Assembly: GCF_006345805.1 (NCBI RefSeq)
Contig: NC_043005.1
Span: 100,998,001 to 101,062,000 of the forward strand
Source: Octopus sinensis
Taxonomy: Eukaryota
Direction of reading: 5' to 3'
Length of the DNA: 64,000 nt
Shown: positions 49,629 through 62,245 of the stretch, one piece after another
How positions within the stretch are numbered: the stretch's first letter is position 1
Layout of the letters: every line of letters starts with the position of its first letter
The notes under the pieces: generated by a model
The model's input: the letters and a program-made list of their open reading frames with translations, nothing else
What the model was told of the DNA's origin: nothing
Databases searched by the model: none
Translations under genes and position numbers: made by a program

Positions 49629-49680
49629 GTTTCTGATGAAGGGATATTATAAATTAATATCTTTGAAACAGCTGTAAGAC
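49629..49680 (+). ncRNA. Type-I hammerhead ribozyme with minimal palindromic stem III, in a putative PLE pseudo-LTR
   Basis: GTTT CTGATGA [10-bp stem II agggatatta/taatatcttt] GAAA CAGCTG TA AGAC; all core nucleotides present. Confidence 0.75.
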
Positions 49681-51029
49681 CTTCCATCTATAAATGCTCT
49701 AATATCTACACAGCCTTGGTTTTTTATCTTATTATGCAAAAAATTCTTATATATATATATATATATATATACTCACACACACACAGACACACATATTTAT
49801 TCATACATACATATATTAATGAATTTAAACGTGTGCTGGAAAATTTTGACTCAATAAACGGCTCCAAACTCAACTCTTATATTCCAAACGGTTTCACAAT
49901 AACCATCACTTCCCCTATTTCCCTCGATAGGATAGTGTGTGGATTTCAAACCAAATAAGAACCACAGAAAATGTAATTGGTACTTTTAAGTTTTATATCA
50001 CATACACACATTTCCACACACCCATTATTATTATTGCACAAGGCAACTGACCCTGTTGCACAATCTGATTGGCTCACTTCCTTAATACCAAAGAAGAGTG
50101 AATCTGCACAACAGCCAATAAGCCAGAGCCAATCATTTTGCACAATACTGACATTTGAAGAAGCATACGTTTGTTATACAAAGCTTAAAAATACCTCTTA
50201 CGTTTTCAGCATTTCTTATTGGTGTGTGTGTGAGTGTGTCTGTGCAGATGCACGTATTTGTGCATGTGTGTGTATGTTTGTGTGTGCACATACACAGACA
50301 CACATAATAAAATCAATTTTGAATGAACTTCAAATTTTGTCTGACGGTTTATTCATTCAGTGAAAAAGCCATCAGACAGAACTTGAAGTCCCGATCAAAA
50401 TTAATTTTGTAATAAATTTGACTCTGTTCTTAGCCTCACCCTCAATAAATGCTCAGCATAATTTTTAAAATTGCTATAAGATAATAACCTTCAATAAGCA
50501 TCTCTGCATAATATGTACACTTCTGTAAACGTTTGTATATGTGTGAGTATGAAACAGGAATATAGGCATGATAAATAAAATTCTGAACAAAAAATTTATT
50601 CTGATAGAAAAATACTAAATATTCTACAATCTCAAGTAAAACAATATCATTTTGGTAAATACCAATATTAAAAAACACTGAAGATAGATGTATTTGAAAA
50701 GCTCCTGTCTTATTGAAGATAATACTCGGTTTTATTTGTGTCTTTTCAAAATTTAATTGCTTGAAATGTCAGAAATGACAAAAGTAATAAAAAATATAGT
50801 CACTCTTCAGTAAAAATTACCTTCAAACAATATTAGATCAGTCATCTTCAAACTGTGCCAAGATTACCGGCATGAAAACTAGGTAGAATTACATGATGGT
50901 TCAAGGAACCATTGCCATTATTCCCAATATCATCATCATCCCCAAACCACCACCAATGTCATCAATGACATTATTACTTCAGGTGGTCGAGAGTGAAAAC
51001 AGAAAAGCTCCAGAGTACCTTTAAGGTAA

Positions 51030-51290
51030 AAAAAGGTAATGTGTACCTTCTCAAGTCATATTGACTCATAAGGGCCAGTTTCCTGGTTTTCATGGCATAT
51101 AAATTCCCCACCTGGATGGGATGCCAGTCCATTGCAGGATTACTTACTTTTGCCAGCTGAGTGGACTGGAGCAACATGAAATGAAGTGTTTTGCTCAAGA
51201 AGACAATGCATCATCCAGTCTAGGAATCAAAACCACAATCTTACAATCACGAGTCCAACTCCCTAACCACTAAGCCATGTGCCTCCACTG
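51030..51290 (-). mobile_element. SINE family C
   Basis: Homologous to 60745-60992 and 54598-54845. Confidence 0.85.
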
Positions 51291-51303
51291 TTATGTACCT
51301 TAA

Positions 51304-51518
51304 CTCTTTAGTATTTTAAACCAGCAGTGTCTGACTCAAATATTCTACCAGTTTTATATTAAAACTGGTCAGATCAGGCCTCTCACACCTACTTTACACT
51401 CTCATTCTAAAACTAAACGATCACATCATCAAATCCTAAAAGCTATGAAATAATCCATGATCAATTCAAAGCAATAAATAAGCATCACATTTGACAAAGT
51501 AACCTGAATGGTAAAGGA
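51304..51518. mobile_element. piggyBac-like MITE (opposite orientation to 10436)
   Basis: TTAA at the left end; internal homology. Confidence 0.6.
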
Positions 51519-52976
51519 TCGATATTCTGAGTTCAAATCCTGCCGGTGGTCAACTTTGGTTTTCATTCTTCACAGCCAATAAAATATATCCTGAACTGTT
51601 AAAATCATCATTAAAGTGTATATTTACAATATTTAACTCTACTCTACTCATGGGAACAAGTCTGTAGAAAGTAGCAGCCAAATCTTCCTTAAATCACACT
51701 TTATCATCATTAAAAAAAATCAATAGGCATTACAATGTAGTCCTGGATACACTATATTTGTACAAACAAAACACTGATCGATCAAGGATGGAACAGTTTG
51801 AACCATCCCTCAACCGAATGAGGACTGACCACGTAAGGGAGGCAATTAATATAAGCACAAAAATGTGAAAAGAAGGTAGGACAGACACAACTCAGTGAAA
51901 CTTTCCAAGATTAAAAATAAACTTTACATTTTACTTATAGGCGCTGCTGTTAAGAACTGAGAACTTTTAAACAGAATTATATAACAGAATTAGACACTGC
52001 CATTTTATAGTTCCAGACTTTTTTCTCTTTCTCTCAAGACAGTCAGATGCCATCAACATTATCTAATACATTTATATTTTATATTCTAAATTTTGTTTTC
52101 GTTAATTTCATTTCTATCTTTAATTTTTTTTCCTCTTTTTTTAAACACAAGAATATTGTTGTTACTGTTGTTGTTGTTGCAATTGTTATAGAATTATTAA
52201 TGTTATTTTCATCATTGTTATCGTTTAATCTAATACAGAAAGCTCCAGTAGAGAAATTTCTGAAAATACAGAATCAATTTTAGAAATATTCGCAGCATTG
52301 CTAAAAATGTAGTTCTAATGCAGAAAATTCACAAGTCAAAATTTCATTTCAAACTCAAGAGACGTTGTTAATAAATTTCTGATTTGAATGAAGCATTTTG
52401 GAAATCACGGGAAACTGCTTTTATTTGATTGTCATCTTGATTACCAAAATTCTTGTTGATTCCTAATCTGCTAACCAAAAATGTTCAACAACATCTAAAA
52501 ATAGTCTCAGAGTTTATAGAATGAAGCTACAAATGAAGAAAACATTCTTCACTTATTTAATTCAAATCTAAATCATTCTATTTCTATCAATTCCTTCATT
52601 TTAAAATCAATTTGTCAGAGTTAAAAAAACAGGAATGGATTCGTTCTGGTATTAAATGATGAAAAAAGATGGAAAAGATCAAGCAGTTGTGGTACCAAAG
52701 AAGTTTAATTATATGTGGTTTCAAAAGCAAAGAAATGGTAAAGTCCAAAGAAACTAGTGATGATTTGCATCGGTAAATAAAACAGTTGATGAAATTTGTG
52801 AAATAAAGAGTTCCTACCCAAAATATTTGTATTCATTTCTTCTCGCCATACACAAAATTATCTTGGCTTATGAATATCAAAATATTCATCATTACTGTTT
52901 TTTCAAAACAAGAATTCTTAATGTTTATAGAGAAAGAAATATTTTGATCTGAGTTAAGGAATATTTTCATGCATAT

Positions 52977-53640
52977 AGATGCAGACGTGACTCTGTAGTA
53001 AGAAGTTTCCTTCTCAACAACATGATTCCAGGTTCAGTCCCACTGTGTGGCATCTCAGGCAAATGTCTTGTAAAGTAGTCTTGGGCCAACCGAAGCCTTG
53101 AGAATTGATTCATTAGACAGAAACTGAAAGAAGCCTGTCATATTTTTTTCTACTCTAAGCACAAGGCCTGAAATTTTTGGGGAAGGGATCAGTTGATTAG
53201 ATCGACCCCAGTATGCAACTGGTACTTAATTTATTGACCCTGAAAGGATGAAAGGCAAAGTCGGCCTCAGTGGAATTTGAACTCAGAATGTAAAGACAGA
53301 CGAAATACCTCTAAGCATTTCGCCTGGTGTGCAACGTTTCTGTCAACTTGCCACCTTAAGCCTGTCATATATTGTGTGTATGTGTGTGTGTGTGTGGTGT
53401 GTGTGTGTGTGTGTGTGTATGTGTGTATGAGGTGTGTTTTCTTTGCCTATCCCCACTGCTTGACAAATGGGGGTGGTTTGTTTGCATCCCCATAACCTAG
53501 TGGGTTGGCAAAAGAGACCAACAGAATAAGTATCATGCTTTAAAAAATGAATATTGAGAGTGATTGGTTCAACTAAAACCCTTGAAGGGGAGCTCCTGCA
53601 TGGCCACAGTCCAATGACTGAAGAACATTAAAAATAAAAG
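52977..53640 (+). mobile_element. SINE family B interrupted by SINE family A (53150-53360, minus)
   Basis: aagcctgtcatat duplicated on both sides of the insertion. Confidence 0.85.
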
Positions 53641-53768
53641 ATTTATACTAAATGTCCTGTAAATAAGACAGCATTTAAACATTAATATAAAGTTAAATGC
53701 TGCCAAATACTGGCGAATTACTCAAAATATTCACAGTAGAAGCAGCAAATAAGCACAGAACCAGACTA

Positions 53769-53987
53769 TGAGGGGGTGCTGAAAAGTTCCTGGCTTTAAG
53801 GGTATTTCAAAAGGCCTGGTTGGAGGCCCAACCTTTCAAGATCTTTTACAGGGATTAAAGCAGCTGAAGGGGTGTTGAAATAAGTGTGTGAGTCTGAGAG
53901 GGGAATATATTAAATAAAATCCTAATCAACTGATCCTCCTGTATTTTCTTTTACCCCTATTCAGGAGCTTTTTCAGCACCCCTACTG
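53769..53987 (+). mobile_element. Mariner-derived MITE
   Basis: TIRs gagggggtgctgaaaagttcctg / caggagctttttcagcacccct; TA flanks; CVSLRGEYIK* resembles a mariner C-terminus. Confidence 0.7.
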
Positions 53988-54299
53988 TAAACACCTTACA
54001 AAACAAACTGGACTTCCAAAGAACAACAATGTTATCTGACTTTAGATGATGCTGTGAGAACACTTGATACTGTGACTTTAAGGAAGTCCAAAGCAAAGGT
54101 AGGGAAACTCTCATCCACTTTCAAATTTAGAACAGTTCAGTGATCAAGTCTCTAAACACTCAAAAATAGTTTCAAAACTGTAATTCACATTAGAAATATG
54201 TGAAATTAACAATAAGCTATTTTTCACGGCACAGGTGTGCTTTCACAGATTCTTCTGCACTTGTTATTTATCTGTGGATTTTTAAAAAGGTTATATCAA

Positions 54300-54895
54300 T
54301 CCTGCAATTAAAATAGTTCTTTTACCTCTAGTACTAAACCACTTTCCCCACCCTTGGAACAAAAATGGTTCCTTCTTCTCTTGCAGTAAAATAGTTCCAC
54401 CATCCCTGAGCCTAAAACAGTTTCTGTCCCCTCTGGTACAAAGAAATTCTTCTACACTTGATACTAAATGCTTCTCCTCATCTCTGCTATTAAAACAGTT
54501 TTTCCACTCCTGTTTCCAAATTAGTTCCTCTACTCTAGGTACTAAATTAGTTCCCAATTCCAACTACTAAAATAGTTTCTCCATTCTTAGTACTAAAGTG
54601 GAAGCACATGGTTTAGAGGTTAGAGCGTTGGACACATGATCGTAAGATTGTGGTTTCGATTCTTGGACCAGGCAACATGCTGTGTTCTTGAGCAAAATAT
54701 TTCATTTCACGTTGCTCCAGTTCACTCAGCTGGCACAGGTGAGTAATCGTGCAATGGACTGGCATCACATCCAGGTGGGGAATTTACATGTCATGGAAAC
54801 CAGCCCTCGTGAATCAGCATAGCTTGAGAATGTAACTTTACTGCTTTTTTAACTCTTAGAACTAAAACAGTTTGTCCATCTTAGGCATTACTAAC
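54300..54895. repeat. ~26-bp degenerate minisatellite (aaatagttcctctactctaggtact) split by SINE C (54598-54845)
   Basis: About 11 decayed units before the SINE and 2 after it. Confidence 0.65.
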
Positions 54896-55849
54896 ACGAC
54901 TGAATTTAAGAATTATCAAAATGAGGAGATTCCCACCAAATTACCAATGGAAATCTTTGGAACAACACTCCCAAATTAAATGTGCTTTAGGATTCACTCA
55001 TTTACACAATGCCTACCATGATTTAATCTCAATGAACTAAACGGTTTTGCAATGATATAATTATCTAAATTAAGATTAATGAACATATTTTTTTATTAAA
55101 CTGTATACAAATAACATTACATATATTGAGGAAACAACTACAGTTTATTCCTTCTAAATGAGAATTAGATACGAACAGATGTGACTGTAGGCATGTCTGG
55201 TGTTATGGAAACGTTGTGTCTTGAAGATCTTGCCATAACATGGAATTCCATAACATGAAATAAATTTGTGTCATTATTCCTAGTAATATTCTATAATACT
55301 AGGAAGTCAATAGGAAAAAACATTTTGCATAACTGAACACTATGTCATGGCAAAGTTTTCTTATGAATACAACTATTTTTTTTTAACACAAGGATGCTTG
55401 TATTACTTTCTACAAAATACAAATTACAATCTCTGGTTGTGGTTTCTATTTTGGTATTTCCAAATTTCCCACAATACCAAACTGGTTCATAAAAACTGCC
55501 AAGAAAGAAGTCAACTTTTTCTTATGAAATCCAACAGGATAACAATTTGTTACAAAATGTATGTCCTATATTAGACCTGACCCATGTAAGCATGAAAAAT
55601 TGGACAGTAAAATGATGATAATGATTAGGTCATTTTTCACATGTGTAGGATAATGTTTCTTTCCAAACTGAAATACTCACAAATTTAGCCAATTTCAAGA
55701 AAAAAAAAAAAATAGTGAACAGGCAACTCTGTTTTTACCAAACTTTTTCAGACACTGACATTGCTGATCCATTTTTTTTTTGTTCTTTGTAATGTGACAC
55801 TAACTCCCTTACATGGTACATATTCATACATGATAATTCATGGACATAC

Positions 55850-56210
55850 CATTCCTTCCCTTGATACAATTTACAATGTTTTATCTCCCACACCTAGTAC
55901 TCAACATTCTGTCCAACCCTTCTGACTCACAGATTGATCTCTCTAAAATTACTTTCCTGCCAATATTTTCCCTCCTAACTTGCAACAATTTCCAAAGAAT
56001 GTTAACCAACTTTCACTTCTCCTATTTTGCAACCTAAAACATCCAGTAATTGAGTACAATCTCCTCACATAGACCAAACAAAAATTAAAATCCTTCTATA
56101 TACCAGCTTCTGTATTAAACTGAATAAATTACATTTGTGATTCCTTTATAGGAAATACATCACCAAGAATCCCCCCATGAAATATAAAATATGGCTTTAT
56201 GGCTATATGG
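55850..56210 (+). mobile_element. Decayed piggyBac transposase remnant
   Basis: PIFS...NNFQRMLTNFHFS, KLKSFYIP, RKYITKNPPMKYKIWL resemble consecutive piggyBac motifs (recalled, not aligned). Confidence 0.45.
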
Positions 56211-57040
56211 ATGATGGATGGCACCAAGCTAGAATTATAGTTTCGCACATTCGACTGATGATTCCAATTCCACTTTCTGATTTACAATATCTTCCTACCC
56301 AACACTTTTTCCCCACAAAACTGAATACACAGAACAAAGTAAAATATTTGATTCAGACTGTGGTTGAACCTGTTCCCCATCTATTGCTAATGCATCTGAC
56401 ATTCCTCTCAGTCAATTTAGCAGGCTCAGATGATTTGATAACAGCACACAAACTACATGGCAAGAAGTAAATGATGAAGCTTTGAAGAAGATACATTAAT
56501 ATTTTCTAATTTTTAACTTGGTTCTTTTTATGACACTGTCTTCAGAAGAGATAATGAAGCTTGTACTAAAAGATGACAAAAATGAAGTGGTACTATAGAA
56601 ATAGTAGTAATAAAATAAAACATGACCGCTATTTGACCAACATGATCGACTTCAAGTTTTCCCTCATTAACTTCGAGTAGAAAGATGACTACTTTTTCAT
56701 AGAGAAAATACATTCTCATTCAGAGATACTAGAAATAAAAAAAAAACAAAAAAAAACATTACAGTTATCATTTTTCTTTTATAACTATTGGCTTCCAAGA
56801 TAGAAATTGCTAAACCATGTAATTGCTCAGCCAAGTGGAACATCATTGGGATAGAACTGTTTTAAAGCTTGAAAGAATGTTCCAGCATGGCTTTTTATAG
56901 GCAAAGAACAGGTAATGTCATCCTTCTGCCTCATTTGCTTAAATCGAAAACCAATAAAAGTAGATGATACCCAGAAAGAAAACTAAAGCAGGCTAGTTCT
57001 CAGAGTTTCCGTGTGTCTCCACAATCACTCAACTATGTTT

Positions 57041-57072
<32 letters not shown>

Positions 57073-58089
57073 CTGCAACGGAACAGTTTTTCAAACTTGC
57101 TTTCTGCAGCAGCAAAAATCTTTTCCCCTAAATTCTGCCAAAATTAATCAATAAATATATGCTGGAGGTTAATGTTATAAACGATATTAGCTGAATGCTG
57201 CTATATTTTTATGACTGTGTGGAGAGATATCTAAGATCTAATCTCAGATTACAATTTCCAGAGTTTCTATAGTAAACGTCTAATAAAAATAACTCGACAG
57301 CATCAACTTCTGTGTTTTGTGCAATAACTCTGCACCACATTATTGCACCATGTAACTAATAGTGCCAATTATTTCTTTAGAATGCTTCATTTTGGATTCC
57401 TGATTCATGGTATATTTACTACGATTCTTGTGGAACTAATTCTAGATTTCCTCTGAGTTCTTGCTATTGAAAATTTCCCTCATTCTTCCATAAAACCATT
57501 AATATTTCTCTTAGCAATTCTATTTGCTTTTTCCATTGTCTTTAATGAATACCAAAATCAGTTCAAAAGGAATAAATGAACTGGTTCAACCTGATTTAAA
57601 TGAAGTTTTAATTTTAAAATAATTTAATACAAATTGTTAAATCTGAGCAGGCTTAGTACTGTATACATTGCATTTTGCTATAAAACAATAATTATTACAA
57701 CAACAAACAACTATAGTTTCTACCTGGCTATGTTTTCATGGAGACATTCTTAAAATATCATTCATTTATCGATCGAACAAGGTCTCTAATTTCACTCTTT
57801 CGACCATCAATATAGCATTTACTCTGCTATATTTACAGTAATATATTGTACATTATGAATCTTTCTGGCAATTATGAAGAGATTAAAGTAATCATATTTC
57901 CAAATGAAATATTTAAACTAGGAATTCGATGAATTTCCATCCAACATTGATAAACCAACTAGCTTCAAGAATCTAAAATACACACACAAAGTTTTGGGAA
58001 TATTATTATTAATTATAATCATTATTATTATCATCATAATCATTATCATTACTATTATTATTATTATTACTATTATAATTATTATTATT

Positions 58090-58280
58090 AGCACATCAGA
58101 TGAAATGCTTAGTGGTATTTCATCTGTCACTATGTTCTGAGTTCAAATGTCACTGGGGTCGACTGTGCCTTTCATCTTTTCAGGGTTGATAAATTAAGTA
58201 CCAGTTATGCCCTGGAGTCAAAGTTATCGACTAGTCCCCTCCCCCAAAATTTCAGGCCTTGTGCCTATAATAGAAAGGAT
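58090..58280 (+). mobile_element. SINE family A, diverged (another copy at about 58935-59130)
   Basis: Central-domain homology. Confidence 0.75.
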
Positions 58281-58309
58281 TATCATTATTATTATTATTA
58301 TTATTATTA

Positions 58310-58865
58310 TTGAGTGAGAGAGCAATGCTTGCCATCAAAGTGACACTAGGGTAAAATATATGAAGCCCCATCATGACTGTCTGTTTGATAAGGGTACACC
58401 AAGCACATCATCATCATCATCACAATCAAATGTGTGCAACATGGTGATCTCATATCAAGATAAACAGCACATGACCTTGCAGGTGGTGCCCAGTTAGAAT
58501 TTTCTTCAGGTTGAGTAGCCCATCCCACTCCAAAGGTCCCCGAATAAAGCTTGTTTAAGGATGTTGAACAGCACACCCATGTTTCCAAAGGTGAATTATC
58601 CAAACCTCCAAGAATTCCTTTCAACACATGGCTATGATGCTCCCCCAATACATCTGCTTGTGATCAGAGATGTGCATATCGTCAGCCACTAAGGGACATG
58701 CTCAACCAGTTAAGGTCAAACAGCTGACAAGCAAATCTGTGGTATTGAGCAGAATATTTGCTATAGCCCATCTTTTATACCAAGACAAAACAATGTACAT
58801 GATGACACTTCCAATCAGTTAAGATCAAAAGCCATGAGGTTCAGTGCCTGGGACTGCATCAGGGC
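58310..58865 (-). mobile_element. Unclassified retroposon-like 3' segment ending in (AAT)n
   Basis: Higher-GC block abutting an (ATT)n run; no recognisable peptide. Confidence 0.35.
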
Positions 58866-59168
58866 ATTTCATCATCATCATCATCGTCATCATTCAGTAG
58901 TTTTATTTTTATCACATTGTTGCTGCTGTTGTTGTTAACATGCCAGATGAAATGCTTAGTGGTATTTCATCTGTCACCACATTCTGAGTTCAAATTCTTC
59001 CTGGGTCAACTTTGCCTTCCATCTTTTTGGTGTTAATGAAATAAATACTGGTTAAATACTGGGGTTGATGTAACTGACTACTCCCCTCCTCTGAAGTTTC
59101 AGGCCTTGTGCTGATAATAGAAAGGATTATTATCATCATCTTCATCATCATCATTTGTTGTTCTTGTA

Positions 59169-59199
<31 letters not shown>

Positions 59200-59201
<2 letters not shown>

Positions 59202-60410
59202 TCTTTTTATCACAGGTTTTGTTTGAGCTCCTGGAGTCTTGCATGCATAGCAGGCTTATTATCTGCAGCCTATGGCACCATGCTATTTGTTCTTTTCTAA
59301 TACTTTCCTGATTATTCTGGCCGTGCCAAGGAGGCAAACCTTTTGTAACATTTCTACTGGGCACTCTATTCCAATTTCCTTTATATTCCTCTTGATACCT
59401 TCTGATACTGTCCCGGAGGACCCAACAATATTTGGCATTATCTTCACCTTCTTCATTTTCCATAGCCAGGCTATTTCATACTTAAGAGGGTTGTATTTAT
59501 CTTTTCTTTGCCTTCCTTCTTGACTATTCGTGGGTAAAAGGAACATGCAACATCAACTCCATGGCACATGTGGTGCATCTTGCCGACCACCAATAAGTCT
59601 GGTCTGTAAAGTAGCACCTGACCTGTTTAAATCAGGAAAATCCCAGCAGATTTTGCTCTCCTCCAACACCACCACTCTCTGCGGTTTGTGTTCATACCAT
59701 GCCTTGCCTCTCTCTAGCCCCTACTTTTCACACAGTTTCCAATGTAGCACTTTTGCTACCTGATCATATTGCCACAACTTGTAGTCATTTGGGGCAAGTC
59801 TAGGGCGTGCATTTGAGATATGGGCAGCAGTTTCATCAACTTGCTCTTTCCAAAGGTTGACCCTCCAGTTCGTGGCTAAAGCTTGGTCTTGCACTGCCAG
59901 TATAGTGCTTTCGGTCTCTTTTTTAATGTTCCTTTCATCAGCCAATCCCACCTATTTTTCCAGCAACTTCTGTTATGGCTATATGATTGTGTTGTCCCTT
60001 GTTTCATATTTCTTCTTCGAGTGCTTCTTGTACTTCCCTCATTTTTCCTTTTTTTCTCTGCTTTCAGTACTCCATCTTCCTAACTGAGATTAGCAAGGTT
60101 TCCTTACTTTGTGCTAGGTATCTCATTAAGCTCTCAAGTGCAATACATATGCAGTCTTCCACACTTGTCTGTCAAAATCCGCCAGTTGCTCTCTTCATGT
60201 ATAGGTGATCAGTGTCTGCATGCGGATGATGGGCTTAATGCTTCGTTAGGATCTCTCTTCACTTCCTGTCCATCTTCTTTAGCTCCTCCTTTGTCCACTT
60301 CAGAATTCTAGCACCATACTGCACTAATGCAACTGCACATAAGTTTATTGCATTCAGCTTTGAAGCTAGTATTTTTGTCATTCACCAAAGGTACTCTCTT
60401 TTTGTCTCTA
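59200..60410 (-). mobile_element. R4/Dong LINE 3' fragment
   Basis: IKKETESTILAVQDQAL, HWKLCEK, KYEIAWLWKMKKVKIMP, LQKVCLLGTARIIRKVL; (TAA)n on both flanks. Confidence 0.9.
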
Positions 60411-60744
60411 TTATTTATTATTATTATTATTATTATTATCAATATCATTATTATTATTATTATTATTATGATATGATGATGCCAATTAATGGATGATTGT
60501 ATGTACTCAACTGGTACTTATTTTATTGATCCTGAAAGAATGAATGACAAAGTCAATCTCAGTGGAATTTGAACTCAGAATGTGACGGCAGATGAAACGC
60601 CACCAAGCCCTTTTCCCAGCTAACAATTTTGCTCACTCACCACCTTAAGCTTTATTATAATATTGTTTTATCATAAGGAAAACACCTTGTATTGTACATA
60701 CCTATAGATACCCCTCATACTATGTATTATAAATAAAAATAAAT

Positions 60745-60992
60745 GTGCCCTTTTAAAGCCTAGCCAGGCTCATGGGCCTGGTTTCCCTGTTTCCATGGTG
60801 TATGTGTTCCCCAGCTGGATGGGACGCCAGTCCATCGCAGCGTTGCTCGTTTTTGCCAGCTGAGTGGACAGGAGCAACATGAAATGAAGTGTTTTGCTCA
60901 AGAACACAATGTGTCGCCCGGTCCAGGGATCGAAACCACACTCTTACAATCATGATGCTGACACCCTAACCACTAAGCCACGTGCCTCCACA
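60745..60992 (-). mobile_element. SINE family C
   Basis: Near-consensus; tatgtattat repeated on both sides. Confidence 0.9.
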
Positions 60993-61072
60993 CTATGTAT
61001 TATATATACCCTTATTACAATGTATACGCAGTCCTAATATTCTGTATTATACGCAACTATAACACAGTGCAT

Positions 61073-61591
61073 TAGGTAGTGGGTAGTGAGTTTCTTCACT
61101 ACTTCAGGGAGTGACATGAATCCCGGGCTCAGCTGGCTCCAGTTGACAGTACCCAGTATGGGCCCCTACCCAGGGTTACGGAAAGGAGACAACCTTCAAA
61201 GAAATCCAGAGTGGAGCCCCGTAGGCAGTTTAGTATTTGACTCGACACTCTTCCGGCAGCTCCTGCAACCAAGCTGGTGCCAAACGTAATGCTCTGCACT
61301 CCTTTGGACTATGTCAGCAAGGTCGAGAGAGGAATCCTGACGATTGGGCTATCCAGGATTTTCTTACATTTAGCCCAGGCCTGAGGAAACTGGAGAGGAC
61401 ACTTCAGTGCTGCTGTAAAAAGTGGCAGAAAAAACATGGGAAGACATCTGCATCACCTGCCAGAGGGAGTGTTTGTCCTGGATAGGATTACACAGCCACA
61501 GCAGGAGCTGTAAAGGACATGGAATGTAAAAGGCAGACTGGATTATTTTATGTGCAACTCCATTGTCTCCCAAGACAAAAGGATGCCAACC
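61073..61591 (+). mobile_element. Bipartite non-autonomous RTE derivative
   Basis: C2H2 finger CITCQRECLSWIGLHSHSRSC and RTE-type end gtctcccaagacaaaaggatgccaac; 14-bp TSD ataacacagtgcat / ataatacggtgcat. Confidence 0.7.
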
Positions 61592-61629
61592 ATAATACGG
61601 TGCATGAACAAAAACAAAAAAGATACTCT

Positions 61630-61940
61630 GGCACTTTGTTAGTTATGATGACGAGAGTCAATCGAACAGCCTGCTCATAGAATTAACATCCCAGTGGCTG
61701 AGTATTCCACGGATGCACATACCCTTAACGTAGTTCTCTGATAGATTCAGTGTGACACAAAATTTGACAAAGGTAGCCTTTTGATTTACAGGTAAAGCTC
61801 ATTTTTGTCAGGTAAGTAGACTGCAGCAGCAGCATGGAATAAACTGTCTTCTCAATAGTACAAGGCACCACCAGGAATCAAACTCATGACCTTGTGATCA
61901 CGAGCTGAGTACCCTAACCACTAAGCCATGTGCCTTCCCA
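61630..61940 (-). mobile_element. SINE family F, diverged
   Basis: Homologous to 3634-3962. Confidence 0.75.
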
Positions 61941-62040
61941 CCATGCATTATCTGTATCCCAAGTACTAAATATTATACACTCTGCTGAGTGGTTGGTGTT
62001 AGGAAGGGCATACAGCTGTAAAAATCCTGCCAAAACAGAA

Positions 62041-62245
62041 AGAATGTAAAAACCACTTAGACCAGTTCATGACCCAGAAAGATGCCAATCTCTGGGAGGA
62101 TGGGATCATGAAACTGCATCAAAGATGCCAAAAGATAGTGGAACAAAATGGGATATGTGTGGTTGAATAAAGATATATACATATATCTAAATATTGATTT
62201 TGAATTTCACTTAAAAAAAATATGTGAACTTTTGTTCCAACCCAA
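62041..62245 (+). mobile_element. Mariner 3' end
   Basis: ECKNHLDQF...WEDGIMKLHQRCQKIVEQNG; TIR end ccaacccaa plus TA. Confidence 0.85.

Noticed and set aside
56177-56230. YMDD motif as a reverse transcriptase active site
   Set aside because: No other RT motifs; upstream context fits piggyBac better
56300-56735. Hydrophobic minus-strand frame after a strong acceptor (GPCR-like look)
   Set aside because: Stops in all three phases soon after the acceptor; no diagnostic motif
61800-61818. ttttgtcAG|GTAAGT as a recursive splice site
   Set aside because: Arises from substitutions in SINE F (other copies read tttttgccagctgagt); short pyrimidine tract
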